DNA of 52,403 nt, taken from Octopus bimaculoides. Lineage: Eukaryota. The stretch spans positions 11,280,228-11,332,630 of the forward strand of contig NC_068990.1 in the NCBI RefSeq assembly GCF_001194135.2, read 5' to 3'. The translations under genes were made by a program, and so were the position numbers. The notes beneath the pieces were generated by a model that had not been told where the DNA came from, did not search any database, and worked only from the letters and a program-made list of their open reading frames with translations. This document shows, one piece after another, positions 1-12,101 of this stretch (the first letter of the stretch is position 1; every line of letters begins with the position of its first letter).

Positions 1-31
<31 letters not shown>

Positions 32-419
32 GTATACGTACACGTACACTTATACATCAAATATACTATGTATACATTTATACACCTATATACATATTAT
101 ATTTGAGGCTAATGCTACATTGTGTTGCTATTCAGTGTTTCCTGGTCCTTTTATGTTCTAAATGTTATAGGAAATAGAGCTTTTAAAGAGATCGAGGATT
201 CATGTACTTGTCTGCTTCAATGTCATTAGTCAGTTGTTGGCTGGGTGCAGCAACTTGGTCATAATTGCAATTATAACTCCATGTCGTAACAAAAATAGGT
301 TTAGCTACATCCAGTTCCCATTACAATAAGAATTCTTTCCTGTCTGTAGTCACAGGGGCTTCTTTAAATGATTACTGCTGTATATTCACAAGTACATCCT
401 CTGTTGTTTTTCTTGTGTG

Positions 420-1110
420 CTTTAAAAGCTGTAATAGGATGATGTTCTTTTCAGTTATGCATGGTGGGGAAGATCTTTATGAGCTGTTAACATGAGGCAT
501 TTCAGTTTTGAACAATGGATCAGCCTTTTGAAGTTTTATCAATTCTATTCTCCTTTATGCACCTGACGTTCTGCATAAGAGACTGTGTGGAATTCCTTTT
601 GTTTCTGTTTGGATAAGCAGCATACTTGTTCTGAATCATTTTCTATGAATTGAATATAGTTTCTCTCAATACAAGTGTCAAATAATAGCTTGGTTTAATA
701 TACTAGACATAGTTTGAAGCATTTCTAAGTGGTCAAAACGTAGTACTACTACAGATGCATTCTTCCATAACTTTAGCTTGTTCCTGCATATGTGATTAAT
801 TCTATAAGTTTGTGATATTGGAAAGTTGATTTAAAAACAAAAGGATTTATATAAATGTAACTAATCTTTATCCATTGCATTTTTCCCGGTTTATGATATT
901 GTATTTAAGGGTGAAATATTTTTGGAACACAACTATAGCATTTCCAGCCATACTGGCTGTTACATTTATCCTAAAAGGTGCATTAAACCAGGTTATTTTC
1001 CTTTGCCTAGTTTCTACTTATTCTAGTTCCTTTAAGTCTGTTTTATCACAATACGTTATTATAAAAGTGGATAGAACAATGGAATATGTTTTACTGGAGG
1101 ATATAACAAA
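420..1110 (-). pseudogene. Degenerate Penelope-like retroelement: RT thumb/linker plus GIY-YIG endonuclease remnant
   Basis: Manual minus-strand translation across frameshifts gives KRKITWFNAPFRINV (about 1003-960; PLE motif RKRxIxWFNPPY), WIKISY, EECICSSTTF*PL (CNCR....CPL), NYIQFIEND (YIGxTE), RNKRNSTQSL, *SIVQ and PCITEKNII (CxLCxxEKxxI). Motif order matches PLE ORFs. Many stops. Confidence 0.75.
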
Positions 1111-1293
1111 TTTTATTCTGATAAAATGCACAAACATATACATATACATATATATATATNNNNNNNNNNNNNNNNNNNNNNNNNNNNNNNNNNNNNNNNN
1201 NNNNNNNNNNNNNNNNNNNNNNNNNNNNNNNNNNNNNNNNNNNNNNNNNNNNNNNNNNNNNNNNNNNNACACACATATATATATATATATATA

Positions 1294-1457
1294 TGACAGG
1301 CTTCCTTCAGTTTCCATCTACCAAATCCCCTCACAAGGCTTTGGTTGGCCCGAGGCTATAGTGGAAGACATTTGCCCGAGGTGCTATGCAGTGGAACTGA
1401 ACCCAGAACCATGTGCTTAGTAAGTAAGCTACTTACCACACAGCCACTTCTTTGCCT
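1294..1457 (-). mobile_element. SINE family 1 (tRNA-derived, CORE-like), 5' half
   Basis: Reverse complement matches the 5' half of the copy at 5704-6108 (A-box tgtggtaagtag, B-box gggttcagt, gggcaa..gtcttc). Confidence 0.85.
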
Positions 1458-1959
1458 ATATACACACATTCATGCACACAGTCATATACAATTTATGTAT
1501 ATGTGTATCATGTATATATATACATACACATATATGTATATGTTTGTGCATATGTATGTGTGTATGGGGTGTATGTGCGCACATATATAATCAGTAAGTT
1601 GAAAACTTCATCTATAAAATTAGGATAAATTTGAAAAGTTTGATGTCATACATATTTATTTTTTGATTGTTGATTGAAAGAAAAATATAAGAAGTTAAAT
1701 TTGATTAAGAGAGACTAGAATCTTGTCTCTGTCTGATGAATGGACTTTCAATGCCTTGGCACCACACACATTCTATGTCTCCTCTGGTCTGATGTTGAAA
1801 GTCATTTAAACAGTCAGTTAGACACAAATTAACCATTACATAGCAATTTGTCACTAACTTTCTTTGAATGACACAAACATTAGACAGACTACTGCGGTCA
1901 GGTTTAATGTAAACCTATCAACCAGAACCAACATCAACAACACCACCACTATTGCAATC

Positions 1960-1985
1960 GCCACCACCACCACCACCAACACCAC

Positions 1986-2026
<41 letters not shown>

Positions 2027-2239
2027 CCATCATCACCATTGTCACACTATCTTCATCATCGTCGTCATCATCATCCGTGTCAGTGTTGGTGTCGGCAATG
2101 GCGTCGGAATCATCATCGTCGTCATTGGCAGCAGCGGTGGAATCATCATCATCATCATCATCACATCATCATCTTCACATCGTCCTCATTATCACCATCA
2201 TCATCATCGTCGTCATTGTCATTGTTGTTAGTGTCAATG

Positions 2240-2283
<44 letters not shown>

Positions 2284-2319
2284 TTTATCATCATCATCAT
2301 CATCTTCATCATCATCATC

Positions 2320-2352
<33 letters not shown>

Positions 2353-2778
2353 TTCATCATCATCATCGTCGTCGTCATCATCATCATCANNNNNNNNNNN
2401 NNNNNNNNNNNNNNNNNNNNNNNNNNNNNNNNNNNNNNNNNNNNNNNNNNNNNNNNNNNNNNNNNNNNNNNNNNNNNNNNNNNNNNNNNNNNNNNNNNNN
2501 NNNNNNNNNNNNNNNNNNNNNNNNNNNNNNNNNNNNNNNNNNNNNNNNNNNNNNNNNNNNNNNNNNNNNNNNNNNNNNNNNNNNNNNNNNNNNNNNNNNN
2601 NNNNNNNNNNNNNNNNNNNNNNNNNNNNNNNNNNNNNNNNNNNNNNNNNNNNNNNNNNNNNNNNNNNNNNNNNNNNNNNNNNNNNNNNNNNNNNNNNNNN
2701 NNNNNNNNNNNNNNNNNNNNNNNNNNNNNNNNNNNNNNNNNNNNNNNNNTCATCATCATCATCATCATCATCATCATC

Positions 2779-2829
<51 letters not shown>

Positions 2830-3020
2830 GTCGTCGTCGTCGTCATCATTATCATCATCATCATCATCATTGTTGTCGTCATCATATCATCATCCTCACA
2901 TCAATCTCATTATCATCATCATCATCATCATTGTCATCGTTGTTGTTGCTACATCATCAGCATCATCATCATCATCGACATCCTCCCCCCTCCTCCTCCT
3001 CCTCCTCATCATCATCATCA
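1960..3020. repeat. (CAT)n/(CAC)n/(CCT)n trinucleotide microsatellite field spanning an N gap
   Basis: Directly visible. It explains the poly-I/S/H/M ORFs in the track. Confidence 0.97.
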
Positions 3021-3289
3021 TCTCTACTACCATTATCCTATACTAAACAAGCGCAAGCATCTTCCATTATACCCCTCATTACCAGTGTCTTTATTATCAC
3101 CACACGGCCACCGTCACCATCATTACTCTAAATACCACCATTACCATTTTTCCCCACCACCACCACCACCACCAATAATATCTCTGCCATACCAAAATCA
3201 CCGCTCTTACTTTAGCCAAATACCCATTCACCCAACTTCTCCATCAGATGCAATTTAAACTGTTATTAAGAATTAAGAAGCAAAAATGG

Positions 3290-3291
3290 AG

Positions 3292-3326
<35 letters not shown>

Positions 3327-3731
3327 ATGAAAGGAAGAAAGAACGAAAGGAAGAAAGAATGAAAGGAAGAAAGAAGAAAAGAAAGAAAACTGCACGAAAA
3401 CCAGGACAAAATGATGAAGCAAATTTAAAACATTTCAGACTTACTTCATGTTCTGATGATGATGACGACAACAACAACAACAACAACAACAACAATGGGG
3501 ATCATGATGGCAAGGATGATGATGCTGATGATGATGATGAGGAGGAGCAGCGGGGAGGGGGAGGGGGAGGAAGATATTGATGATGATGATGATGACGGTC
3601 ATGATAATGATGATGATGATGATGCTGATGATGGTCATGATGATGTTGATGGTGATTATAATAATAATAGTGATAATAATAAGGATGATGATGATAATGA
3701 TAGTAATAATAATAACAACAACAACAACAAC
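3290..3731. repeat. (GAAA)n then (GAT)/(AAC)/(AAT)n low-complexity tracts
   Basis: Directly visible. Confidence 0.95.
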
Positions 3732-4374
3732 ANNNNNNNNNNNNNNNNNNNNNNNNNNNNNNNNNNNNNNNNNNNNNNNNNNNNNNNNNNNNNNNNNNNN
3801 NNNNNNNNNNNNNNNNNNNNNNNNNNNNNNNNNNNNNNNNNNNNNNNNNNNNNNNNNNNNNNNNNNNNNNNNNNNNNNNNNNNNNNNNNNNNNNNNNNNN
3901 NNNNNNNNNNNNNNNNNNNNNNNNNNNNNNNNNNNNNNNNNNNNNNNNNNNNNNNNNNNNNNNNNNNNNNNNNNNNNNNNNNNNNNNNNNNNNNNNNNNN
4001 NNNNNNNNNNNNNNNNNNNNNNNNNNNNNNNNNNNNNNNNNNNNNNNNNNNNNNNNNNNNNNNNNNNNNNNNNNNNNNNNNNNNNNNNNNNNNNNNNNNN
4101 NNNNNNNNNNNNNNNNNNNNNNNNNNNNNNNNNNNNNNNNNNNNNNNNNNNNNNNNNNNNNNNNNNNNNNNNNNNNNNNNNNNNNNNNNNNNNNNNNNNN
4201 NNNNNNNNNNNNNNNNNNNNNNNNNNNNNNNNNNNNNNNCACTAGAAGCAAAAAATAATAATAATAATAATAAATGAATGAATGAATGAATAAAAGAGAA
4301 TGTGAAAAAAACGGAAAGAAAAGAAAGGACATCTTAATAGCATATTGCTGAGAGCTGATTTCAATGAATGAAGG

Positions 4375-4846
4375 TGCGTGTGTGTGTGTGCATGTGCATG
4401 TGTATATGTGCTTGCATGTGTGTGTGTTTGTGTGTGCACTTGTGTGTGTGTGTGAGTGTATTTGTGTGTGTGTGTGTGTATATGCATTTGTGTATGTGCA
4501 TTTGTGTATGTGCATGAGTCTGTATATTTGTGTGTATGTGCGTGTGTGTGTGAGAGTGTATTTATGTGTGTATGTGTATGTTTGTGTATGCGCATGTGTG
4601 TGTGTATGTGCGTATGTGTGTGTGAGTGCATTTGTGTTTGTGTGTGTATGTTCGTGTATGCGCATGTGGGTGTATTTGTGTGTAAGTACGTGTATGTGTG
4701 TGTGAGCGTATTTGTGTGTGTGTGTGTGTGTGTGCGGATGTTTGTGTATGTGCATGTGTGTGTGTGTGCATTTGTGTGTATGTGTATTTGTATGTGTGTA
4801 TATGTATGTTTGTGTATGTGCATTTGTGTGTGTATGTGTGTGTGTG
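4375..4846. repeat. Degenerate (TG)n microsatellite
   Basis: Directly visible. It explains the CV/HT-repeat ORFs. Confidence 0.95.
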
Positions 4847-5703
4847 AGTAACCACAACTACAAGAACTATTACAATAGCTTCAATGATGATGATGATGAT
4901 AATAATGATGACGACGACGATGTTGATGATGGTGATGATGATAACAGAAAAAATCAGAGAAATCAAAAAAATCAAAGTGACAATAATGAAAATGACAACA
5001 AAAAATCTTTAGCAACAAGATATAATTATAACAATGACAAAAGGAACAATAATGATGACGATAATAGTGATGATGAAAACGAGGAGGAGGAGGATGCAGA
5101 TGCAGATCTTAATGGTCATCTGTCTGATGATGTCAAACTGAAGCAGCATCAAATATATTTTGTGGTTACTCTATACTTTTGTGTGTGTGTGTGTATTTTT
5201 GCGGGAGCAGGGTAATTCTTTTATTGATTATAATGCTTTAATTAGAAGAGGAACTGTAGTGGACAGAACTGTTTTGTAAGGCCACTAGAACTGGTAGAAG
5301 ATATGGCAGAAGCTCTTAATAGCCACAGAACAAAGAATTAGAGACCTGGTCTTTATACTTGCAATAGAATAGAACCTAGACTCCACTAAAGCACCTGGAG
5401 ATCATAAAGAGATGTTAAACTGGGTATCGGATTAAATCTACCATTCACCACCTGGTACAATACTTCTGATGAGTAGCTGCATATTTTCTGTCTGTTTAAA
5501 TGTCTCTCATCAAGCTTAGGTTGACTCAAGATGAGGTTTCGCTAGGATCATGTGCAGCAGAATCAATCGCAGAAACACATGACTGCAAATTGAAAATCTT
5601 AATCAGATGGCCATGTCTGTGAACATAGCTTGTACATGCTTTGTTCCATGCTAATATAAAGTATTAAGACACAACACATGAATTCTTTGATTTAATGTCA
5701 AAT

Positions 5704-6108
5704 AGGCACAGGAGTGGCTGTGTGGTAAGTAGCTTGCTTACCAACCACATGGTTCTGGGTTCAGTCCCACTGCATAGCAACTTGGCCAATTGTCTTCTAC
5801 TATAGCCTCAGGTCAACCAAAGCCTTGTGAGTGGATTTGGTAGACGGAAACTGAAAGAAGCCCGTCGTATATATGTATATATATATGTGTGTTTGTGTCT
5901 GTGTTTGTCCCACTAGCATTGCTTGATAATCGATGCTGTGTGTTTATGTCCCCGTCACTTAACGGTTCGGCAAAAGAGACCGATAGAATAAGTACTCGGC
6001 TTACAAAGAATTAGTCCTGGGGTCGATTTGCTTGACTAAAGGCAGTGCTCCAGCATGGCTGCAGTCAAATGACTGAAACAAGTAAAAGAGTAAAAGAGTA
6101 AAAGAGTA
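5704..6108 (+). mobile_element. SINE family 1, full-length copy (tRNA head, CORE-like segment, internal (TA)/(TG) tract, (GAGTAAAA)n tail)
   Basis: A-box-like gtggctgtgtggtaag and B-box-like gggttcagtccc. The family segment accttgggcaagtgtctt (here caacttggccaattgtctt) resembles the CORE domain. The tail ends tgactgaaacaagtaaaagagtaaaagag. About 13 copies or fragments in the window. Confidence 0.88.
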
Positions 6109-6155
6109 AAGGACCGACAGTTCATTTCCTGTAGTTAGTGGTGCGCTGGATTACA

Positions 6156-6385
6156 GGTAAGTTCACCACCATCAATTCGCTGTGAAGAAAGTTCAGCATA
6201 AGGAAAATTTACCGTGAGGAAAGTTTACCAAAAAAATATATCCACAGTATCTGACCATTAATAGTTAAAATCTATTTCATTGAAAAAAAAAAAAAAAATG
6301 GTGAAGTGATGACAGTAAAGCTACCCCATAGTAAATTGATGACAGTGAAATTTCTCTTGTGGTGAATTGATGACGTGAATTTACC
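6156..6385. mobile_element. Candidate MITE with imperfect ~25-bp TIRs and gtgaa/agtaaa subterminal repeats
   Basis: ggtaagttcaccaccatcaattcgc (6156-6180) versus the reverse complement of 6361-6385 (ggtaaattcacgtcatcaattcacc). No TSD identified. Confidence 0.4.
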
Positions 6386-8074
6386 AGACATGATGGTAGC
6401 GAGTCAAGTAAGGACAACTTTGCATGCATGAAAACAAAGAACCAAAGCAATGCAGAAATGTTGGCATCTTCTAATGATACCAGTAGCTGCCTTCCATAGA
6501 TTAATTTGAGATTATTGTATAAATATTGCTGTATTGACAATGTAGGGTCAAAAAGATCCTTTAGTCATGTCTTGTCAAGGACATGATAATCTCTTTAGTG
6601 TTGGTGCCTTGGTAAAATGCACCCATCATACTCTTTAAAGTGTCTGATGTTAGAAAGGACATTCAACGATACAAAGTATCCTGAAATAAAACGTACAAAT
6701 GAAACATGGTCCTTTGACTCTATACCTACAGGCAATTGTGAGTAGAGTGTTTGCCTTGCCAAAGCAGTTTCTTTCAATCATTGGACAAATCCAAAACATC
6801 AGACAATCTGCTGCACAAATATTTCACTATACTAAGAGTCTGGTCTCTCCCTTTCGAATTTCAGTCTGATTCAGATACCTCATCTTGTAAACATACATTC
6901 TTATTTTATTGGCTTATCATCCATGCCTCTGATCCATATAATAATCACAAATATGTGTTCTATCTCTGGGATTATATTATAGTTCATGATATTATATCAT
7001 ATTATATTATATTACCCAATGTGTTCTTCTTTCAATGCAGCAGCATGTGATTTTAAGCAAAATTTAACTGCTATTTCTAGTGATCATATTTGAACTCCTT
7101 GTTTAGTTTGTTTAGTCATAGCCAGGTATCTTCTATTTGGGGTTTCTGTAGCTTCACCCTGGTTGTCTCAAATCAAGAAAGCCTATAGTTAGAAATATTC
7201 TAACTGTAATTTATCCACCTCTTTTTTCCAAGGGCTAAACATCCAAGACCACATTATGCAAGTTGTAATTGTTCTTTTTGAAGATGGTAGAGAGTGAATT
7301 AATAGAGAAATTTAGCTGTTATTTCTAGCAGGTTGAATGACTACTTGAAAATACTTTATTGGTTCATCTGCTTTGCACTTAACAACATATGACATGACAA
7401 TCAGAAGTTTTTCTATTTTTTGGTGTGTTTTCATGAAATTTAATGGTTAAATTAAGCAGACCAAGTAACAACAAAAAAGTTAACATACTGGCATTTTAGT
7501 TGTAATTGTCATTGTTGCAAGCAGAACTAGTAAATAAAATATTCCTGAGAACATTAACAGCCAATGTAAAATTGGGTTAGATATTGCAGACATAAGATGA
7601 CTGTTCATGTGACAACTCAAATAAAAGTTAACGAGAAAAACCTACGCAGGTATGTTAGAAATAAGTGGTGTATATTAAATTAAAATAATGCTTTTATATC
7701 TTTATAAGGTGTTAGTATTTGGCTGAGCTTATGAGTTCTAATATATAATTAAAAACAATGTTACCTTTAATTAACATTTATCTGTTTCCAGTAGAACGTT
7801 ACATTTATTCATGTCAGAGTTTGATTAATTATTTACTGATTATTTGAACTGTTTTGTTTTTTAGCTTTTAATCTCTTTGTTTGCTACAATCAAAACAAAC
7901 AACAACAATAATGATATATGACTATAACATTGACAAGAGAAATAACGATGATAGTCGTAATAATGATGATTGTAACTGTGAGATGGCAGAAACAGATTTT
8001 TACAGTCATCTGTTTTATGACGTCAATCTGAAACTATATTAAATACATTTTGAGACTCCCTTTACACCATATTT

Positions 8075-8245
8075 CTTTAAGAAATAAGCATGACTGTGTG
8101 GTTAGGTAGCTTCCTTCCCAATAATGTGATCGTAAGTTCAATCCTACAGCATAAAACCTTGGCCAAATGTCATCTACTGTAACCCCAAATCCACTCACAA
8201 GACTAAAGCCTTCTGAATGAGTTTGGTATCTGGAAACTATAAACA
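8075..8245 (+). mobile_element. Old SINE family 1 copy (5' half)
   Basis: Diverged match to 5704-5870. Confidence 0.7.
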
Positions 8246-8489
8246 GCCTCTAAAAAGCTAGAAGGACAGACATACTGCAGTAGAGTTTGTACCTAAATTG
8301 GTCAGCTCCTGTCCATTTGATCTTCGCTTGACATGGCTTTAGGTCGAAGGTCAAAGGGAGATCATCAATCACTTTTTGACAGGACAAAAGAAAACCTCTT
8401 TTTGTGCCTGTTGATTGTGGTGATTTGAGCGACCGAGAGTTCTTAGATTCAGTTCCGAAATCTAGGCTTGGAGAAGGAAGTTTTGATTT

Positions 8490-8717
8490 TTACATATCTT
8501 ATTACCATATTTCTGTATACATACACTCACCTCGTTCAAATTAATTCAGCAAATAATTAAAGATTTAGCAAAGTAATATTGTCATTATTAATCTGGTGTC
8601 TGGAACATAAATTACCATGAAATCTTGATGGAAGAGTTTAATTTATATCCATTTAAAATAGAGAGTTCAGATCAGCACCAGAGGTGGCCTCAGGCAGTTT
8701 GGTATAAAATGAGTTAA
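8490..8717 (+). mobile_element. Degenerate copy of the TTAA-type MITE at 16342-16567
   Basis: Shares ttaccatatttct... and ...ttggtataaaatgagttaa with the intact copy. Left TIR eroded. Confidence 0.6.
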
Positions 8718-8776
8718 ATATTACTTTGTCTGTGAGTCACACAGTGAAAAGACAGACAGAATAGACATAAACTTAC

Positions 8777-8910
8777 CAACTGCACTGGAATATAACTGAG
8801 ACCCTTTTACTCAACCAGTTGGTTGCCTCTTTTACACCAGCCATAGGCTTGTTTCAACAGAATTGGCAAGAACTAACCAAAAACAACAACAGCAAATGTA
8901 TCGACACCTC
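8777..8910 (-). other. Candidate exon, possibly the first coding exon (ATG at 8844, MAGVKEATNWLSKRVSVIFQCS...)
   Basis: Acceptor atatttgcatgtatttcag| and canonical donor TTG|gtaagt. All frames contain stops upstream of the ATG, so it could only be a UTR/start exon or a lncRNA exon. No protein recognised. Confidence 0.3.
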
Positions 8911-8962
8911 CTGAAATACATGCAAATATCCATATTTAATAATCAATCAGGTTTAAACTAAC

Positions 8963-8999
8963 CTGACATTTATATGCATGCGTACGAGTATGAAGTAGA
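8963..8999 (-). other. Candidate 37-nt non-coding exon
   Basis: Acceptor ttttaaatattttcag| and donor CAG|gttagt. It would be joined to 8910 by a 52-nt intron, which is short. Confidence 0.22.
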
Positions 9000-9428
9000 C
9001 TGAAAATATTTAAAATAAAGTAAATTAAACAGAAAATTTGAAACGATGTTACAAATTGCTTTCTTTAAATCTAGCAGTAATTTTTTTTTCCTAGTCATAT
9101 AAAATATATATGTCAATAAAATCAAAGCTAGCGTGAAATGAAAATTTGATGCGATCATTTCCATAAATCAGCAACAGTTTTCTGTTGAGTCAATCATTTT
9201 TAAGTAAGTGCCACACTGTGATGCAATCTATCACAGCAACACTTCCAATGGTATTTCACTGCAGGATATTTTACACCTGTGTTGTTTGATGTATGAACTC
9301 AGATATGAGAAATATTTAATGTCTTTTTCATTTATATTTGTCACTCCAAGATGGATGTATCTCTGCTTGTTGAAATTTATTCATGTATCATTACCATTAT
9401 CTTTTATCATTATCGTTATTGTTAGCAC

Positions 9429-9480
<52 letters not shown>

Positions 9481-10025
9481 AATGTCCTGATGCAATACCA
9501 AGCAGTGGCTTTCAGGGCTTCTGATCTTATATGATTGGAAGTGTTAACATGTACATGTCTTGTCTTGGTGTAAAAACGGGCTACAGCAAATATTCTGCTC
9601 AATCCTGAAGATTTACTAGTCAGTTGCTTTGCCTTAATCATTTGAGCATGTCCCTTACTGGGTGATGTTATGTGCATCTCTGATTAATAGCAGGTGTAGT
9701 GGGAAAGCATCATAGTCATGTGTTGAGAGGGTTTCTTTGGGGTTTGAATAATTCATCCCTAGAAATATTGTTATGTCTTTAAGTAACCTTTATTCAAGGA
9801 TCTTTTGAGTGGGATGGGCCACTCAACCTGAAGAAGATACCAACTGGGTCCCACCAGCAAGGTCATATGCTGTTTATATTGATATGAAGTTAGTGTGTTA
9901 TGCAGATATGGTTGTGGTGCATGTGACTAATGTACCCTTAGAAGACGGGTAGTCATGATGGGTATATTGGGCTTTGTATATTTGTACCTGGTGTCACTTT
10001 GATGGTGTGTGCTGCTCCCCTACTC
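9481..10025 (-). mobile_element. ~545-bp non-coding interspersed repeat embedded in (AGT)/(AAT) microsatellite ('cargo' family); orientation tentative
   Basis: Clear colinear similarity to 23548-24016. Flanked by (GTA)n on the left and agtaataatagtaataat on the right. Confidence 0.8.
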
Positions 10026-10065
10026 AGTAATAATAGTAATAATATATAAACCATATATATATATA

Positions 10066-11215
10066 CAGGGGTTGGACAAAATAATGGAACACCTTAAAAT
10101 TTCAAACAAATTTATCTTAATATGGGGTAGGAATGCCTTTGGCAGTAATTACAGCTTGAATTCTATGAGGTATGGACTCGTAAAAAGTTTGAATTGCTTC
10201 CATAAGAATTTTTGTGCATTCTTCAGCTAAAACAGTCTCTAGTTCTTGTAGTGATGATGGTGGGGGATATGGATTTCGACTCCTTAATTGTTTTTCTAAA
10301 ATGCACCATAAATGTTCAATAATATTGAGATCTGGGCACTATGGTGGCCAGATAAGATGTTCAACTTCACTAGAATGTTCCTTGAGCCATTCAGCAACAA
10401 CTTTAGTTGTGTGAATTAGTGCATTATCATCCAGAAGGATTGCATTTCCCTCTGGAAACAGTTCTGCAACCATAGGATGAATTTGATCAGATAAAATGCT
10501 TAAATAGTCTTGATTATTAATTCTGCCATGAAGGGAAACCATTGAGCTGGTGAATTTCCAAGATATAGNNNNNNNNNNATCATCACAGATCCTCCTCCAT
10601 ATTTTTAACAGTTGGAAGAAGGCAGTCTGGGTCAAATGCAAATTTTGGCTTTCTCCACACATATACTCGGCCAGTGGTTGGAAATAAGGTAAAGGATGAC
10701 TTGTCTGAGAAAATAACATTCTTCCACTGCTGTAGGGACAAATTCTATAGGTTTTTATTTCACTTTAAATGCTTGCAACGTTTGTTTTTGAAAGTAGTGG
10801 TTTTCTAATTGCTGTCCTCCTGTGAAATCCGGCTTTGTGCAGCTCTCAGCGAACAGTTTCTGTGGAAACTGGGTTCTCAAGGTGGTCATTAAGCTCCGCA
10901 ATAATTTTGAGAGCTGTACTTTTGCGATACTTTCTAACAATTCATGTAAGATTCCGACGGTCCCTATCTGAAAGTTTTGGTTTTCTTCCTGAGTTTTGAT
11001 TCGATGAGGAGGTTTTTCCCTCTTTCTCAAAGGCTGTCATTACTTTCAAGACAGTACTTCTTGATACACCAAACATTTTGGCTGTTTTCATTACGCTAGC
11101 ACCTGCCATACAAGCACCAACAATTTGACCTCTTTGAAAGTCCGATAGATCTCTCCTTTTAATGAATTTTAATTACCTTTTTCTGATGATATCTGAAAGA
11201 AACAGCAATTTTAGC
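10066..11215 (-). mobile_element. Tc1-family DNA transposon, one TIR retained
   Basis: TA followed by CAGGGGTTGGACAAAATAATGGAACACC at 10066 inside a (TA)n run, with a transposase pseudogene inside. The opposite TIR was not found. Confidence 0.9.
10117..11163 (-). pseudogene. Tc1 transposase pseudogene (paired-like HTH plus DDE domain, D-36-E spacing)
   Basis: Translation: KRRDLSDFQRGQIVG...GRKPKLSDRDRR...VIFSDKSSF...ILLDDNALIH...WPP*CPDLNIIEHLW...AKGIPTPY*. At least three in-frame stops plus frameshifts. Confidence 0.92.
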
Positions 11216-12004
11216 AAAACATGTTAAGTATAACGATGAATTATCTGGCTTATAAGTTTTGACTTGGAAGAGATAATAAATATAATTATTTCTTGAGTAG
11301 GAATCTATGGTGATAAGCCTGTCACTTATAACTTAATTATAAGTATTTATCAACATACATAAATCCTAGCTCAGACTACATAAACACTGGGGTGAGTTAT
11401 ACACACCAAGACGCAAAACGTGCATGTATGTTGACGATAATAAAGCTCGCATTTTTTTTCACCGCTATAATAATAGTTTTATAGTTGCAGAAATGAATTT
11501 CATTAACAGGTTGAAGAAAATGAAGAAAAAGAAATTATTTACTAAATTAGTTTATTTACGTTCATTTAATATTTACAGTACATCTATAAATCAAAAGAAA
11601 ACTGTCGGAGAGAATTACGACATGAAATTTATATTAATTAATTCTTCCGTAACTACAAGAGTTTTAAACAACAATTCAAAATAGCCTTGTTGAATTAGAT
11701 AAGAGACATAGCATAACAATAGTGAATATCTCAAGAGAGCAAGTGTCGTGGAATTGAGTGACAACCAATGAACACTTTTTATTTTCCCCAAAATCAAAGT
11801 TTTTATAACTGCTTATACCTGAATTCTAAGAACTATATTTTGTGAAAGATTTCACTTTGACGAAAGTATAGAATTCAAATATGGGCAGTAATTTTAACCA
11901 ATGGCAAACTAATAATTATACCTATCCGGCCAACATGACCATTATGTTATATTACTGCCGATAGTTCATTTATTATGGCTTGCTACATTACTGGTATATG
12001 GTAA

Positions 12005-12019
12005 TAAGTAGTAGTAGTT

Positions 12020-12077
<58 letters not shown>

Positions 12078-12101
12078 GAGGAGGAGGAGGAGGAGGAGGA
12101 G
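12005..12101. repeat. (AGT)n then (GGA)n microsatellite next to a gap
   Basis: Directly visible. Confidence 0.97.

Noticed and set aside
1854-5215. Long ORFs (up to 464 aa) with poly-I/S/H/M/D/N and CV/HT repeats
   Set aside because: They are translations of microsatellites and N gaps, open in several frames on both strands, with no domain content.
6598-6690. Minus-strand exon-like GYFVSLNVLSNIRHFKEYDG after a good acceptor
   Set aside because: The segment aligns to the family 3 repeat on the + strand, and the donor is poor.
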